From: Candidatus Woesebacteria bacterium RIFCSPLOWO2_01_FULL_39_10
Lineage (GTDB): Bacteria; Patescibacteriota; Microgenomatia; UBA8517
Direction of reading: 5' to 3'
Assembly (NCBI GenBank): GCA_001793015.1
Contig: MGHC01000037.1
Location: 85,877-129,446 of the forward strand
DNA length: 43,570 nucleotides
Made by a program: the position numbers and the translations under genes
The notes under the pieces: generated by a model
Told to the model about the DNA's origin: nothing
The model's input: the letters and a program-made list of their open reading frames with translations, nothing else
Database searches by the model: none
Part shown: piece after piece, positions 43,447 through 43,570 of the stretch
Position numbering within the stretch: the first letter of the stretch is position 1
How the letters are laid out: each line of letters opens with the position of its first letter

Positions 43447-43570
43447 TTACTTTTGAGCTATAGCCAACACGGATAAGCCAATGGGAGGAGAAAAATATTT
43501 CTCCGGCCAAAGCATATACCTTCCCAGACGATTAAATATCCCAACCTCATCTTTCGGCATTTGTTTCCAA
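43447..43570 (-). CDS. 3' end of an unidentified gene (C-terminal 40 aa)
   Basis: Not in the ORF track. My translation gives ...WKQMPKDEVGIFNRLGRYMLWPEKYFSPPIGLSVLAIAQK-stop. The frame is open to the window edge and the TAA lies 1 nt before the next gene's ATG. Confidence 0.45.
   Translation of the reverse strand, partial: WKQMPKDEVGIFNRLGRYMLWPEKYFSPPIGLSVLAIAQK

Noticed and set aside
1-43570. Alternative genetic code (UGA reassigned, as in some candidate phyla or Mollicutes).
   Set aside because: All long conserved genes are intact under the standard code, and many end at TGA precisely at ATGA coupling junctions followed by the next gene.
19077-43570. The glycan locus, considered as a horizontally acquired island or mobile element.
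   Set aside because: There is no integrase, transposase, flanking tRNA or direct repeats. Composition looks the same as the housekeeping part of the window apart from the short GC-rich patches reported separately.

Overview
This is an AT-rich, very gene-dense bacterial chromosomal segment. It holds about 45 protein genes, all but one on the minus strand. Many are joined by ATGA or 1-26 nt start/stop overlaps, which implies long co-directional operons. TGA is used as a stop, so the code is standard. I found no rRNA, tRNA, CRISPR array, transposase or integrase. There are three blocks. (1) 1-14.2 kb is a re-sorted cell-wall (dcw/mur) cluster. On the minus strand it reads mraZ-rsmH-ftsL-ftsI-murA-murE-murC-murB-murD, followed by a convergent class IV aminotransferase (the only plus-strand gene). 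Then comes an operon of alpha/beta hydrolase, membrane-anchored MurF-like ligase and DegT-family aminotransferase. mraY, murG, ftsW and ddl are not in this stretch. (2) 14.4-19.1 kb holds housekeeping and unknown genes: an anchored exported protein, glyQS, an EamA transporter, a DUF2130 protein and a short recO. (3) 19.1-43.6 kb is a ~24 kb envelope-glycan locus. It encodes a DUF4012 protein, a polyprenyl-phosphate sugar-phosphate transferase, GDP-mannose pyrophosphorylase and a Nudix hydrolase. It also has 6 GT4 and 4 GT2 glycosyltransferases (one Dpm1/Ppm1-like), three polytopic GT-C-like proteins and an O-antigen ligase/polymerase-like protein. The rest are a hexapeptide acetyltransferase, a CYTH protein and two tandem genes with orphan PEP-utilising phosphohistidine swivel domains, one broken by two frame shifts. 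AT-richness, absence of obvious Shine-Dalgarno motifs and the gene content fit a small-genome monoderm lineage such as Patescibacteria/CPR, but that is inference only. The observations that look most novel are the glycan locus architecture, the orphan swivel-domain pair inside it, the membrane-anchored MurF lacking its canonical N-domain, GC-rich structured in-frame insertions in rsmH and a GT4 gene, and a CYTH gene bracketed by perfect hairpins. All functional calls come from motif recognition by eye; no database search was run.
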